Assembly: GCA_964555935.1 (NCBI GenBank)
Contig: CAZKUN010000005.1
Coordinates: 28,335-92,334 of the forward strand
Reading direction: 5' to 3'
DNA from: an uncultured Armatimonadia bacterium
Lineage (GTDB): Bacteria; Armatimonadota; Zipacnadia; Zipacnadales; VGFC01
DNA length: 64,000 nucleotides
Every line of letters begins with the position of its first letter. Positions within the stretch are counted from its first letter, which is position 1. Below are positions 1 to 8,151 of the stretch, piece by piece. The notes below the pieces were generated by a model. It saw only the letters and a list, made by a program, of their open reading frames with translations. It searched no databases and had not been told where the DNA came from. Position numbers and translations under genes: made by a program.

Positions 1-1
1 C

Positions 2-640
2 GCGCCGCTCAGAGGCCGCGATGCTCCCCGACCGACGGCACACGAGTTCCGCTTCACGGATGATGAGGGCAACATCCAAACCGGCACGGCTTACAGCCTC
101 CACCCAAGCTTCGAGGAGGGCGACCGGGTCCCCGTCACGCACGCGGTGGGCAAGCCTCACATCTGCCGTATCGACGGGATGAGCGCCAGCGATACGCCCT
201 GGGAACTTGCGACCGCGGCGCTCGCTATGCTGCCATTCGGCCTGTGGGGGTGCATCCACGGGTCCATCAGCGGTCTCCGCGACCGCGAGCTTCTCATTCG
301 CGGCAAGCTGGGCAAAGCGGAGTTGATCTCGATTGAGCTGGCAGGCGGCGGCATCCACGAGCTTGTCTTCGAGTTCGAGATCGACAGCGGCTACGCCTAT
401 CGCGCCACGGTCGTGACCGAGAACGTCGATGCCCTGCGCGACGACCCGAGGGAGCCGATCCTGTATCTGCCCAGAAACCCGAGACACGCGGCGATGTTTG
501 ATGTACTTCCCGGCAGGCCCGCCATAGACAATGCTGGAAACCTGGAGTGTGGCCCGTACTCGACCGGGGTGTTGGCGCTGGTGTTGCCGGTTTGCGCGGT
601 TGTGGGTTGGCTGATCTCAACGGTCATCTGGATCATATAG
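2..640 (+). CDS. DUF3592-like membrane protein, N-terminus outside the window
   Basis: The frame of the listed 146..640 ORF stays open back to base 2 (...HEFRFTDDEGNIQTGTAYSLHPSFEEGDRVPVTHAVGKPHICRIDGM...), so the GTG at 146 is probably internal. The C-terminal block REPILYLPRNPRHAAMFDVLPGRPAIDNAG plus a hydrophobic helix is paralogous to the end of 654..1739. Confidence 0.55.
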   Translation, partial: APLRGRDAPRPTAHEFRFTDDEGNIQTGTAYSLHPSFEEGDRVPVTHAVGKPHICRIDGMSASDTPWELATAALAMLPFGLWGCIHGSISGLRDRELLIRGKLGKAELISIELAGGGIHELVFEFEIDSGYAYRATVVTENVDALRDDPREPILYLPRNPRHAAMFDVLPGRPAIDNAGNLECGPYSTGVLALVLPVCAVVGWLISTVIWII

Positions 641-653
641 GGAGCGCCGCCGC

Positions 654-1739
654 ATGAATCCCGGACGCGTCACCTGTCCCCACTGCGGGGCGAAGAACCG
701 ACGCTCAGACATCGTCACCACCTGCAGCAAGTGCATGCAGCCGCTCACCGACGGGCCGCCCCAGCCGCAGTTTCCGGCGCCCATCGAGACGCAACAGCCG
801 GAGCCGAGCCCCCGCTGGAGCGCTGACGAGGAGGTCGGGCTCGCCGATGACGACGAGCCGGTCGGGCCTGGCATTCCGCTAGTCCCCCCGCCACGCGAGG
901 TGCCGGGGCTCGTGAAACTGAGCTGCATCTTCGGCGGCGTCTTCGCTCAGATGGGTTGGATCTTCTTCGGCCTGGGGATGGTCTTCGTCTGGGTCTTCGG
1001 CCCGGAAGTCGACCTCAGCCCGTGGTGGACGGCGGCCTACAAGTTCGAGACGACTCAGGGCGTCGTGACCGACGTCCGGTCAAGCAACTTCACCATAAAC
1101 GACCAGCCCGTCTTTGCGCATACCTACGTCTACTTCTCGCCGGCGGGCGGACAATTCACGGGCGTGTCTCACGCTACCGGGCGCAAGCTGGACATCAATG
1201 CCGAGGTGGAGGTCCAGTACGCCACGAGCCGTCCGCTGGTCTCGCGAATCCGAGGGATGCGAGCCAAGCCCGCGCCGATCTGGGTGCTTGCCATGGTCGG
1301 CATCTTCCCGCTGATCGGACTCGTCTTCATCCTCGTGGCTCTTCCGCCCGGCATCCGCGGCGCGAGGCTGCTGTCGACGGGCAGACTGACCGATGGACGG
1401 CTCCTGGATGTGAAGGCCACCGGCACGCGCGTCAACCGCCGCCCGGTCATGAAGATGACCTTCGAGTTCAAAGACGAGGCAGGCCAGCTTCACCAGACGG
1501 TTGCCAAGACTCACGAGGCCGAGAAGCTGCGAGACCAGAAGCGCGAGGCGCTGCTATACGATCCGGCAAAGCCGACCGTTGCCGCTCTGCTGGATAACCT
1601 GCCCGGACGGCCCATCATCGATGAGACCGGCAGCTTCGGACCTGCGAGCACGGGCAAGGCCATCGCGACACTCATTGCTCCAATGCTTGCAATCGATGCG
1701 CAGATTATCTGCCTTATCGTCCGGTGGCTGCTGCGCTGA
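654..1739 (+). CDS. zinc-ribbon protein with two DUF3592-like modules and TM helices
   Basis: N-terminal CPHCGAKN...CSKC zinc ribbon and a Pro-rich linker. Two beta-rich modules follow, each bracketed by hydrophobic helices. It ends with REALLYDPAKPTVAALLDNLPGRPIIDETG plus a TM helix, as in the upstream gene. The gap to the upstream gene is 13 nt. Confidence 0.6.
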   Translation: MNPGRVTCPHCGAKNRRSDIVTTCSKCMQPLTDGPPQPQFPAPIETQQPEPSPRWSADEEVGLADDDEPVGPGIPLVPPPREVPGLVKLSCIFGGVFAQMGWIFFGLGMVFVWVFGPEVDLSPWWTAAYKFETTQGVVTDVRSSNFTINDQPVFAHTYVYFSPAGGQFTGVSHATGRKLDINAEVEVQYATSRPLVSRIRGMRAKPAPIWVLAMVGIFPLIGLVFILVALPPGIRGARLLSTGRLTDGRLLDVKATGTRVNRRPVMKMTFEFKDEAGQLHQTVAKTHEAEKLRDQKREALLYDPAKPTVAALLDNLPGRPIIDETGSFGPASTGKAIATLIAPMLAIDAQIICLIVRWLLR

Positions 1740-1754
1740 TCACAGGAGACCAAC

Positions 1755-4370
1755 ATGACCCGGATGCTCATCATCGGATTCGTGGCACTCGCCTGTGGCG
1801 CTGCTTGCTCCCAGGACGCTGACCTCTTCCCGTTCGTGATTCCCTGGGACGATGACGCGCCGAGCGTCGCCAACGTGAGCGAGTGGAATGAGAAGCCCGC
1901 GGGCAAGAGCGGATTCATCACCGTCAGCGACGGGCATTTCGTCGACGGCAACGGCGAGCGAATTCGCTTCCTGGGCACGAACCTGTGTTTCGCGTCGGCC
2001 TTCCCTCCGCATGATGTGGCCGAGAAAGTCGCGCGGCGGATGGCGAAGTTCGGCATCAACGTGGTGCGCTTCCACCACATGGACAACGCGTACTTCCCGC
2101 GCGGCATCTGGGATGGCGAATACGAGGACAAGCAGCACCTCTCCGCCGAGGCCATCGACCGGCTCGACTACATGATCTTCCAACTCAAAGAGAACGGGAT
2201 CTACGCGAACATCAACCTGCACGTGTCGCGAACGCTGGCGGAGGCGGATGGCATTCAGCAGGCAAGCGAGATGCCGAAATACGGTAAGGGCGTCGACAAC
2301 TTCCATCCCGAGATGATCAGACTGCAACGCAACTACGCGCGCGATCTGCTAACGCACGTCAATGAATACACCGGCAATGCCTACACGGACGAACAGGCCG
2401 TCGCCGCGATTGAGATCAACAATGAGAACTCGCTGACCGCCCAGTGGCGGGGCGGCGCGATCGACACGTGCCCCGAGTACATTCAGGAGATGCTCGACGA
2501 GCGCTGGAACGAGTGGCTGAGCGCGAAGTATGCGGGTACGCCGGCGCTCCAACAGGCATGGGACACGGAGGCCGAACCACTCAACGACGTGGAGATGCTG
2601 GCCAACAGCGACTTCTCGGTCGGCACGGACAACTGGACGGCACAGACGGCCGGCACGTCGGAGGCAACTCTCGAGGTGACCGATGATGGACCGGATGGCT
2701 CGCCGGCACTCAAGCTGACGGTTACCGAGACCTCTGATACGAGCTGGCACGCGCAGCTCTACCAAGCCGGCCTAGCGTTCGAGGAGGGCAAGGCCTACAC
2801 CCTCGCGTTCAAGGCAAGGGCCGAGCCGACCCGGCGAGTGGGTATCAACAGCTTCCGGGCCAAGGAACCGTGGGGCGTGTTAGGCTTCAGCGCCAACATC
2901 GAGGCCGGCGACGAGTGGACGACCCACGAGTTCGCCTTCCGCGCGACCGAGACCGAAGACGTCGCCCGCATCACCTTCACTGGCCTGGGTCTGCAAGAGG
3001 GGGCGCTATGGATCGCCGAGCCGTCGCTGAGGCTGGGCGGCATCGCCGGGCTGCCGGCGGGAGAGACGCTTGAGGCCGGGAACGTCACTCGCCCAAGCCA
3101 CGGCACCATCACCGGACGCAGCGCCAATGGCGCGCGGGATTACGTTGAGTTCCTGCTGGCAGTCGAGACGGAGTACTGGACGGGGATGGTGGATTACCTC
3201 AAGGGCGACCTCGGCGTGAAGCAACCAATCACCGGTACGCAAATGGGATACACGCCGCCCCAAACCCACGCGGCGATGGACTACTACGATGTGCACGCCT
3301 ACTGGCACCACCCATCATTCCCGGGCAAGCCGTGGGACGCGAACAACTGGTTCGTCGCCAACCGGCCGATGACTGATTCCGAGGGAGGCACGCTGCCCCG
3401 TCTCGCCGCCCGCCGAGTGGCGGGGAAACCGTACACCGTGAGCGAGTACAATCACCCGGCGCCCAACGCCTATGGATCCGAGGCGATGCTCCTCCTGTCG
3501 GCTTTCGCGGGGCTGCAAGACTGGGACGGTATCTACCAATTCACCTACAACAGCGGAGACTGGTGGGAGGCGGACCGGCTGGACAGCTACTTCAACATCA
3601 AGGCCCACGCCGCCCAACTCGTGACCCTCCCGGCGGCAGCGGCACTCTTCAGGCGCGGCGACATCCAGCCGGCTCGCCAGGCGACGCTCGTCCGGACGAC
3701 GCCGGAGGAGATCATCGACATGGGGACTCGTGACCCAGCGGCGGGCGCCTACGCAACCGCCCATGGGGTGGAGAGCGCAACGAGCCTGTCACACCGCGTG
3801 GCGATCGCGGTCGGGGACGATGCTGAGGTCGCCGGCCCGACGACCCCGCTCGGCAACGCGCAAGACGGTTGGCGCGCGGACACGGGCGAGTTGCTCTGGT
3901 CGTACTCGGAACGCGATTCCGGTGTCGTGACGATCGACACGAGCAACGTGGTGGCGCGAATCGGGGCGACGGCTGACGCGTGGCAATCCGATAGCGGCGT
4001 CGGGATCACCATCGGGGCGACCCGGCACAACTGGGCAGCCATCACGATCGCCGCAATCGATGGCGATGGCGTCGGAGGTCCCGGTCGCCACCTCATCACC
4101 GCAACGGGGCACTACGCGAACTCCGGCTGGGGATGGGAGGCTGACGGCGATCGAGTCACGCTGGGGCGCGACTGGGGCGAGGCGCCCTACGTGGCCGAGG
4201 GCATTCCGGCGACGATCACGCTGCCCGTTCCCGCCGCGCGCCTGTCGGCGCACGCGCTGGACGCATCCGGCGCGAGGGCTGGCGAGCTGGCGGTGACCGG
4301 TGGCGACCGGGCAACGATTGCCATTGGTCCCGAGCACCAGACACTGTGGTACGAGGTGGTCGTCGACTAG
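1755..4370 (+). CDS. secreted clan GH-A (GH5-like) glycoside hydrolase with CBM4_9-like insert
   Basis: N-terminal signal or lipobox-like MTRMLIIGFVALACGAACSQ. TIM-barrel hallmarks are present (RFLGTNLCF, INVVRFHHMD, IEINNENS with an NE acid/base-type motif). A carbohydrate-binding-like insert follows (ANSDFSVGTDNWTAQTAG...LKLTVTETSDTSWHAQLYQ). Confidence 0.6.
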   Translation: MTRMLIIGFVALACGAACSQDADLFPFVIPWDDDAPSVANVSEWNEKPAGKSGFITVSDGHFVDGNGERIRFLGTNLCFASAFPPHDVAEKVARRMAKFGINVVRFHHMDNAYFPRGIWDGEYEDKQHLSAEAIDRLDYMIFQLKENGIYANINLHVSRTLAEADGIQQASEMPKYGKGVDNFHPEMIRLQRNYARDLLTHVNEYTGNAYTDEQAVAAIEINNENSLTAQWRGGAIDTCPEYIQEMLDERWNEWLSAKYAGTPALQQAWDTEAEPLNDVEMLANSDFSVGTDNWTAQTAGTSEATLEVTDDGPDGSPALKLTVTETSDTSWHAQLYQAGLAFEEGKAYTLAFKARAEPTRRVGINSFRAKEPWGVLGFSANIEAGDEWTTHEFAFRATETEDVARITFTGLGLQEGALWIAEPSLRLGGIAGLPAGETLEAGNVTRPSHGTITGRSANGARDYVEFLLAVETEYWTGMVDYLKGDLGVKQPITGTQMGYTPPQTHAAMDYYDVHAYWHHPSFPGKPWDANNWFVANRPMTDSEGGTLPRLAARRVAGKPYTVSEYNHPAPNAYGSEAMLLLSAFAGLQDWDGIYQFTYNSGDWWEADRLDSYFNIKAHAAQLVTLPAAAALFRRGDIQPARQATLVRTTPEEIIDMGTRDPAAGAYATAHGVESATSLSHRVAIAVGDDAEVAGPTTPLGNAQDGWRADTGELLWSYSERDSGVVTIDTSNVVARIGATADAWQSDSGVGITIGATRHNWAAITIAAIDGDGVGGPGRHLITATGHYANSGWGWEADGDRVTLGRDWGEAPYVAEGIPATITLPVPAARLSAHALDASGARAGELAVTGGDRATIAIGPEHQTLWYEVVVD

Positions 4371-4449
4371 TTCGGCCGCGTGACGCCCGTCACGAATCGC
4401 CATCGGGGACCAACGGAACCGGGAACGGATGCCAGGAGTCCACTTAGTA

Positions 4450-4523
4450 GTGCCGGGCCACAGCAGTCCCCCTGCCGCTCACGGACGGGCCCTGACAGCG
4501 CCTAGGCGGACGTGGCCCGGCAC
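4450..4523. repeat. 12-bp perfect inverted repeat (gtgccgggccac / gtggcccggcac) with 50-nt spacer
   Basis: Read directly: 4450..4461 is the exact reverse complement of 4512..4523. It lies inside a ~745-nt stretch without convincing ORFs. Confidence 0.7.
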
Positions 4524-5115
4524 GATAACATCCCCTCTTCGTAAAACCCATCTCATCCCGAGACGTGCCAGTCGATGTCACCCGAGCCCCGAGTTCAGGC
4601 GTCTGTCAACTGCGCAAGTGAAAACCCCACTCTCCGGTCGGTCGCGGCGCTAAAGTTGAGCGAACACGTCCGGAACCCCCCATAATCACGGAATGTTAAA
4701 GGTTATAGCCAACGGAGCCACCGTTGGAGATAGGGTGTTCGTGTTATTGCAGCAGGCGGATGGCGTTCCTCGTAATGCGGGTGCAGACGAGTGAATGGAC
4801 CGAGGTTGGGCGCCATCATTTCGCCGTCACCCCACACGCTACGGGATCACTTCAGTAGGCAGAGACTGCTCGACATGAGCCGTGTAGCCCGAGGGGTCTG
4901 GGATATTTCAACATTTTACGGTTCACTGGTGAGCGAGAGGAGGAGACGTTAGACGTCTGTCGAACTCCACCCATGGTCAGCCTAGGACCAGCGACGACGG
5001 TGGTCCACTGTATTCGCCCAATCTTAGCGCGACGCAGCGCGGGCGACCGGAACCGTAGCGAGCCGGTGACATCTCACCGGCCGTGAGATCCGGGAAAGTC
5101 GAGGAGGTTCAAAGT

Positions 5116-5820
5116 ATGGGACGCCCCACAGTCTTATATATCGAAGACGAAGAGGCCGCGTGCACAGAAGTCTCGCAAGCGCTGAGCGTCGAAGGGTTCG
5201 ACGTCATCTGCGCGTCAACAGGCCGCGATGGCCTGGCGGAGGCGCGCAAACTGAAGCCGGACCTGATTCTCCTAGACCTGATCCTGCCTGAGATGGACGG
5301 CCTTGAGGTCTGCCGCCAAATCCGCGGCGAACTCAACACGCCCATCATCATGCTGTCGGTCAAAGGAGAAGAGGTCGATCGCGTCGTTGGGCTCGAGATC
5401 GGTGCCGACGACTACATTGCCAAGCCGTTCCGTCCGCGCGAGTTGGTGGCACGGGTGCGAGCCATGTTGCGGCGCTCGTCACTCATCAAGGAGGCGGCGG
5501 AGCGCCAGAAGACGCTCACGTTCCCCGGCCTCTCGATTGATCTGCCGACCCGCACCGTGAAGGTCGACGATGTCGCCGTTCACCTGACGCCGAAAGAGTT
5601 TGATCTACTTTACCACCTGGCATCACAGCCCAGGGTCGTGTTCTCCCGCGAGCAGATCCTGGAGCAGGTCTGGGGATACCAGACCCGCGGCGGCGATCTG
5701 CGCACCGTTGACACCCACATCAAGCGTCTCCGCAAGAAGCTGCAGGAGGATCGCGGCGACCACCCGTGGAGCATGGCAACGGTCTGGGGCGTTGGCTACA
5801 AGTTCGACGTCGCTCCGTAA
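5116..5820 (+). CDS. OmpR/PhoB-family response regulator (receiver + winged-helix)
   Basis: MGRPTVLYIEDEE...DLILLDLILPEMDG receiver domain and C-terminal LTPKEFDLLYHL...VWGVGYKF winged helix. The ATG at 5116 is preceded by gaggaggt, which I prefer over the listed GTG at 5083. Confidence 0.9.
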   Translation: MGRPTVLYIEDEEAACTEVSQALSVEGFDVICASTGRDGLAEARKLKPDLILLDLILPEMDGLEVCRQIRGELNTPIIMLSVKGEEVDRVVGLEIGADDYIAKPFRPRELVARVRAMLRRSSLIKEAAERQKTLTFPGLSIDLPTRTVKVDDVAVHLTPKEFDLLYHLASQPRVVFSREQILEQVWGYQTRGGDLRTVDTHIKRLRKKLQEDRGDHPWSMATVWGVGYKFDVAP

Positions 5821-5893
5821 GCACGCGCGGCTCGACAACCTAAACGGGGGCCCATGCCTGGACGTGGGTCCCCGTTTCCCGTTTTCGTCGGGC

Positions 5894-7039
5894 CTAGCCC
5901 ATCTCCGCCGCGCGCCGGATCGCCTCGGTGTAGACAGTCACGGCCTTGCGGACCTGGTCGATCTCAACCCATTCAAGGCCCGTGTGAGCCTGGGAGATGT
6001 CGCCCGGCCCGATGACCACCGACGCGATGCCCGCCGCCGCGAAATTGCTCGCATCCGTGCCGTAGTGTACCGCCGCCGTCGACGCGTCACAGACCTCACG
6101 CGCGGCCGATAGAACCGCCTGAGCCCATGGCGAGTCGTCATCGACCTCCATCGGCGAATCGACGATCAATGGCTCGACCGACACCGACGCCATCAGCCCG
6201 CGCTCATCCAAGAAGCGCTGCATCGAGTCCACGACATCGGGCAGGTCCTCATCCGGGAGCACGCGCCGATCGATGCTGATCGCGCAGCGGTCCGGCACGC
6301 TGTTGACGGTTTGGCCGCCGCTGATGGTGCCGACGCTGAGCGTCCTCGGGCCCAGCCGGGGATGAGGCGGCTCTTCCTGCAGGTCCTTCGCCCACTGTTC
6401 CAACGCGCCCACAATCCGAGCCATGCGATAGATAGCGTTGTCGCCTTCCCATGGCGTCGCGGAGTGAGCCGGACGCCCCTTGGCGGTGACCCGCCAGCGA
6501 GCCGCGCCCTTGTGGGCGGTCACGACGTCGAGCTTCGTGGGCTCGCCGACGATCGCGTAGTCGGCCGTGAATCCGGAGTCGACCAGCGCCGAGGCGCCGC
6601 CGAAACTGTATTCCTCATCCGCGGCCGCGCAGAGCCAGACATCGACCGGCGCTCCGCCCGCCTGAAGCTCGGCGAGCGTGACCAGCATCGCGGCCAGCGA
6701 CCCCTTCGCGTCACATGAGCCTCGCCCGTGCAGTCTTCCGTCGGCCTGCACGGGATCAAACGGCGCGATCTCCATGTGATCGACGCGCACCGTATCCATG
6801 TGCGTCTCAAGCAGGATCGACACGTCAGAGCGACCGCCCTCGACCTTGGCCAGCACGTTCTCCCGGCCCGGTTGCACCAGTTGACGCTCCGAGCGGATGC
6901 CGTGCTGGGTCAGGAACTCAGTCACGTAGTCCGCGATACGCGCCTCACCGAACTCGTCCCCGACGGCCGGTTCGCCCATTGGGTTCACGCTCGGGATCGA
7001 CACCAGGTCGGCAAGGACCTCGATTACATCAGGCATCAC
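5894..7039 (-). CDS. M20-family metallopeptidase (ArgE/DapE-like deacylase)
   Basis: LETHMDTV, GRGSCDAKG and ADEE motifs typical of acetylornithine deacetylase or succinyl-DAP desuccinylase-type M20 enzymes. Confidence 0.8.
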   Translation of the reverse strand: MMPDVIEVLADLVSIPSVNPMGEPAVGDEFGEARIADYVTEFLTQHGIRSERQLVQPGRENVLAKVEGGRSDVSILLETHMDTVRVDHMEIAPFDPVQADGRLHGRGSCDAKGSLAAMLVTLAELQAGGAPVDVWLCAAADEEYSFGGASALVDSGFTADYAIVGEPTKLDVVTAHKGAARWRVTAKGRPAHSATPWEGDNAIYRMARIVGALEQWAKDLQEEPPHPRLGPRTLSVGTISGGQTVNSVPDRCAISIDRRVLPDEDLPDVVDSMQRFLDERGLMASVSVEPLIVDSPMEVDDDSPWAQAVLSAAREVCDASTAAVHYGTDASNFAAAGIASVVIGPGDISQAHTGLEWVEIDQVRKAVTVYTEAIRRAAEMG

Positions 7040-7153
7040 GCACCTCGTATTATGCTGGGGAAGTCACGGCCGGGCGACGCGCGCCCGAAGCTGCGAGGGG
7101 GATTTCGGATTCGATCGGGCAATGCCCTCCCACGCGCGCTGAATTGCCGGCGG

Positions 7154-8044
7154 CTACTGGCGGCCTTTGCCGCGCTGGCGCTTGTCGGAGTACATCTGCT
7201 GGTCGGCGCGGTGGAGCAACTCGAAGATGGAGCAGGGGTCCTTGGGATCGTAGAACGCCGTGCCCAGACTCACGGACAGCGTGTACGGCCGAGCCTTGCT
7301 CGTGTTGTGCTCAGCCATCGTGCGCAAGAGCCTTCCCGGGAGCCGGTCGGTCTCGTCCGGGGGAAAGTCGACCATCAGCACGGCGAACTCGTCGCCGCCG
7401 AGACGGGCGATGATATCAGAATCCCTGAAGGTCGTGCGGAAGATGTTCGCGACGTCGTTGATGGCCTGGTCACCATGGGCGTGTCCATGAGTGTCGTTGA
7501 TGTCCTTCAACCCATCCATGTCCGCATAGAGCAGCATTAGCGCCTTGCCGTGCCGGTTCGCGAGCTTGAGTTGTTGCTCGGAAAGAACGACGAATCCGCG
7601 CCTGTTGCTGAGGCCCGAGAGGTCGTCTTGGAGCGATTCCTGTCGGGCCTCCACGAGCAACTGGTGCCGGCCCATCGCAAACCGCACCGCTCGCGGCAGG
7701 GGGATCGGGTCCGTCTTGCCCTTGACGATGTAATCCTGGGCGCCCGAATGCAGGGCGTTCATCCCGGCCTCTTCGTCATCCACGCCGGTGAGCACCATGA
7801 CGGGCTTGCCCAGCGCCGCCGAGCACACGCGCGGAACAGCCTCGATCCCCTGCGCGTCCGGATTGTCCAGATCAAGGAGAATCACATCGGGGTCTGCATC
7901 GGTGAAGCCCGCGAGCGCCGAGTCAATGTCCTCGAAGTGAACGACGCGGAACGCGCCGCCCCCTTGCGCCTCCAACACCTCGCGTATGGCAAAGGCATCG
8001 GTGTGGTCTGCCTCGATCAACAGAACGGTAACCGCCTCTGCCAT
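7154..8044 (-). CDS. response regulator-diguanylate cyclase (REC-GGDEF)
   Basis: Receiver domain (VLLIEADHTD...ILLDLDNPD), then SNRRGF and an intact RLGGDEFAVL active site. An RDSD (RxxD) I-site sits five residues upstream of the active site. Confidence 0.9.
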   Translation of the reverse strand: MAEAVTVLLIEADHTDAFAIREVLEAQGGGAFRVVHFEDIDSALAGFTDADPDVILLDLDNPDAQGIEAVPRVCSAALGKPVMVLTGVDDEEAGMNALHSGAQDYIVKGKTDPIPLPRAVRFAMGRHQLLVEARQESLQDDLSGLSNRRGFVVLSEQQLKLANRHGKALMLLYADMDGLKDINDTHGHAHGDQAINDVANIFRTTFRDSDIIARLGGDEFAVLMVDFPPDETDRLPGRLLRTMAEHNTSKARPYTLSVSLGTAFYDPKDPCSIFELLHRADQQMYSDKRQRGKGRQ

Positions 8045-8151
8045 CGCGGGTTCACCTCGCTGGCGGGAACGGTCCGCCGGAGTATCGTGGGCTCGGGCAA
8101 TGCCTCAATTACAACTTCGGCGGGCGCGCCCGAACCCCTGCAAGAGGCGGG

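Noticed and set aside
4371-5115. tRNA, tmRNA, RNase P or 6S RNA in the long spacer
   Set aside because: I found no T-loop (GGTTCGAATCC-like) or acceptor/CCA arrangement. I also found no tmRNA tag region and no RNase P conserved P4-type strings by eye. This is reported only as an unexplained spacer.
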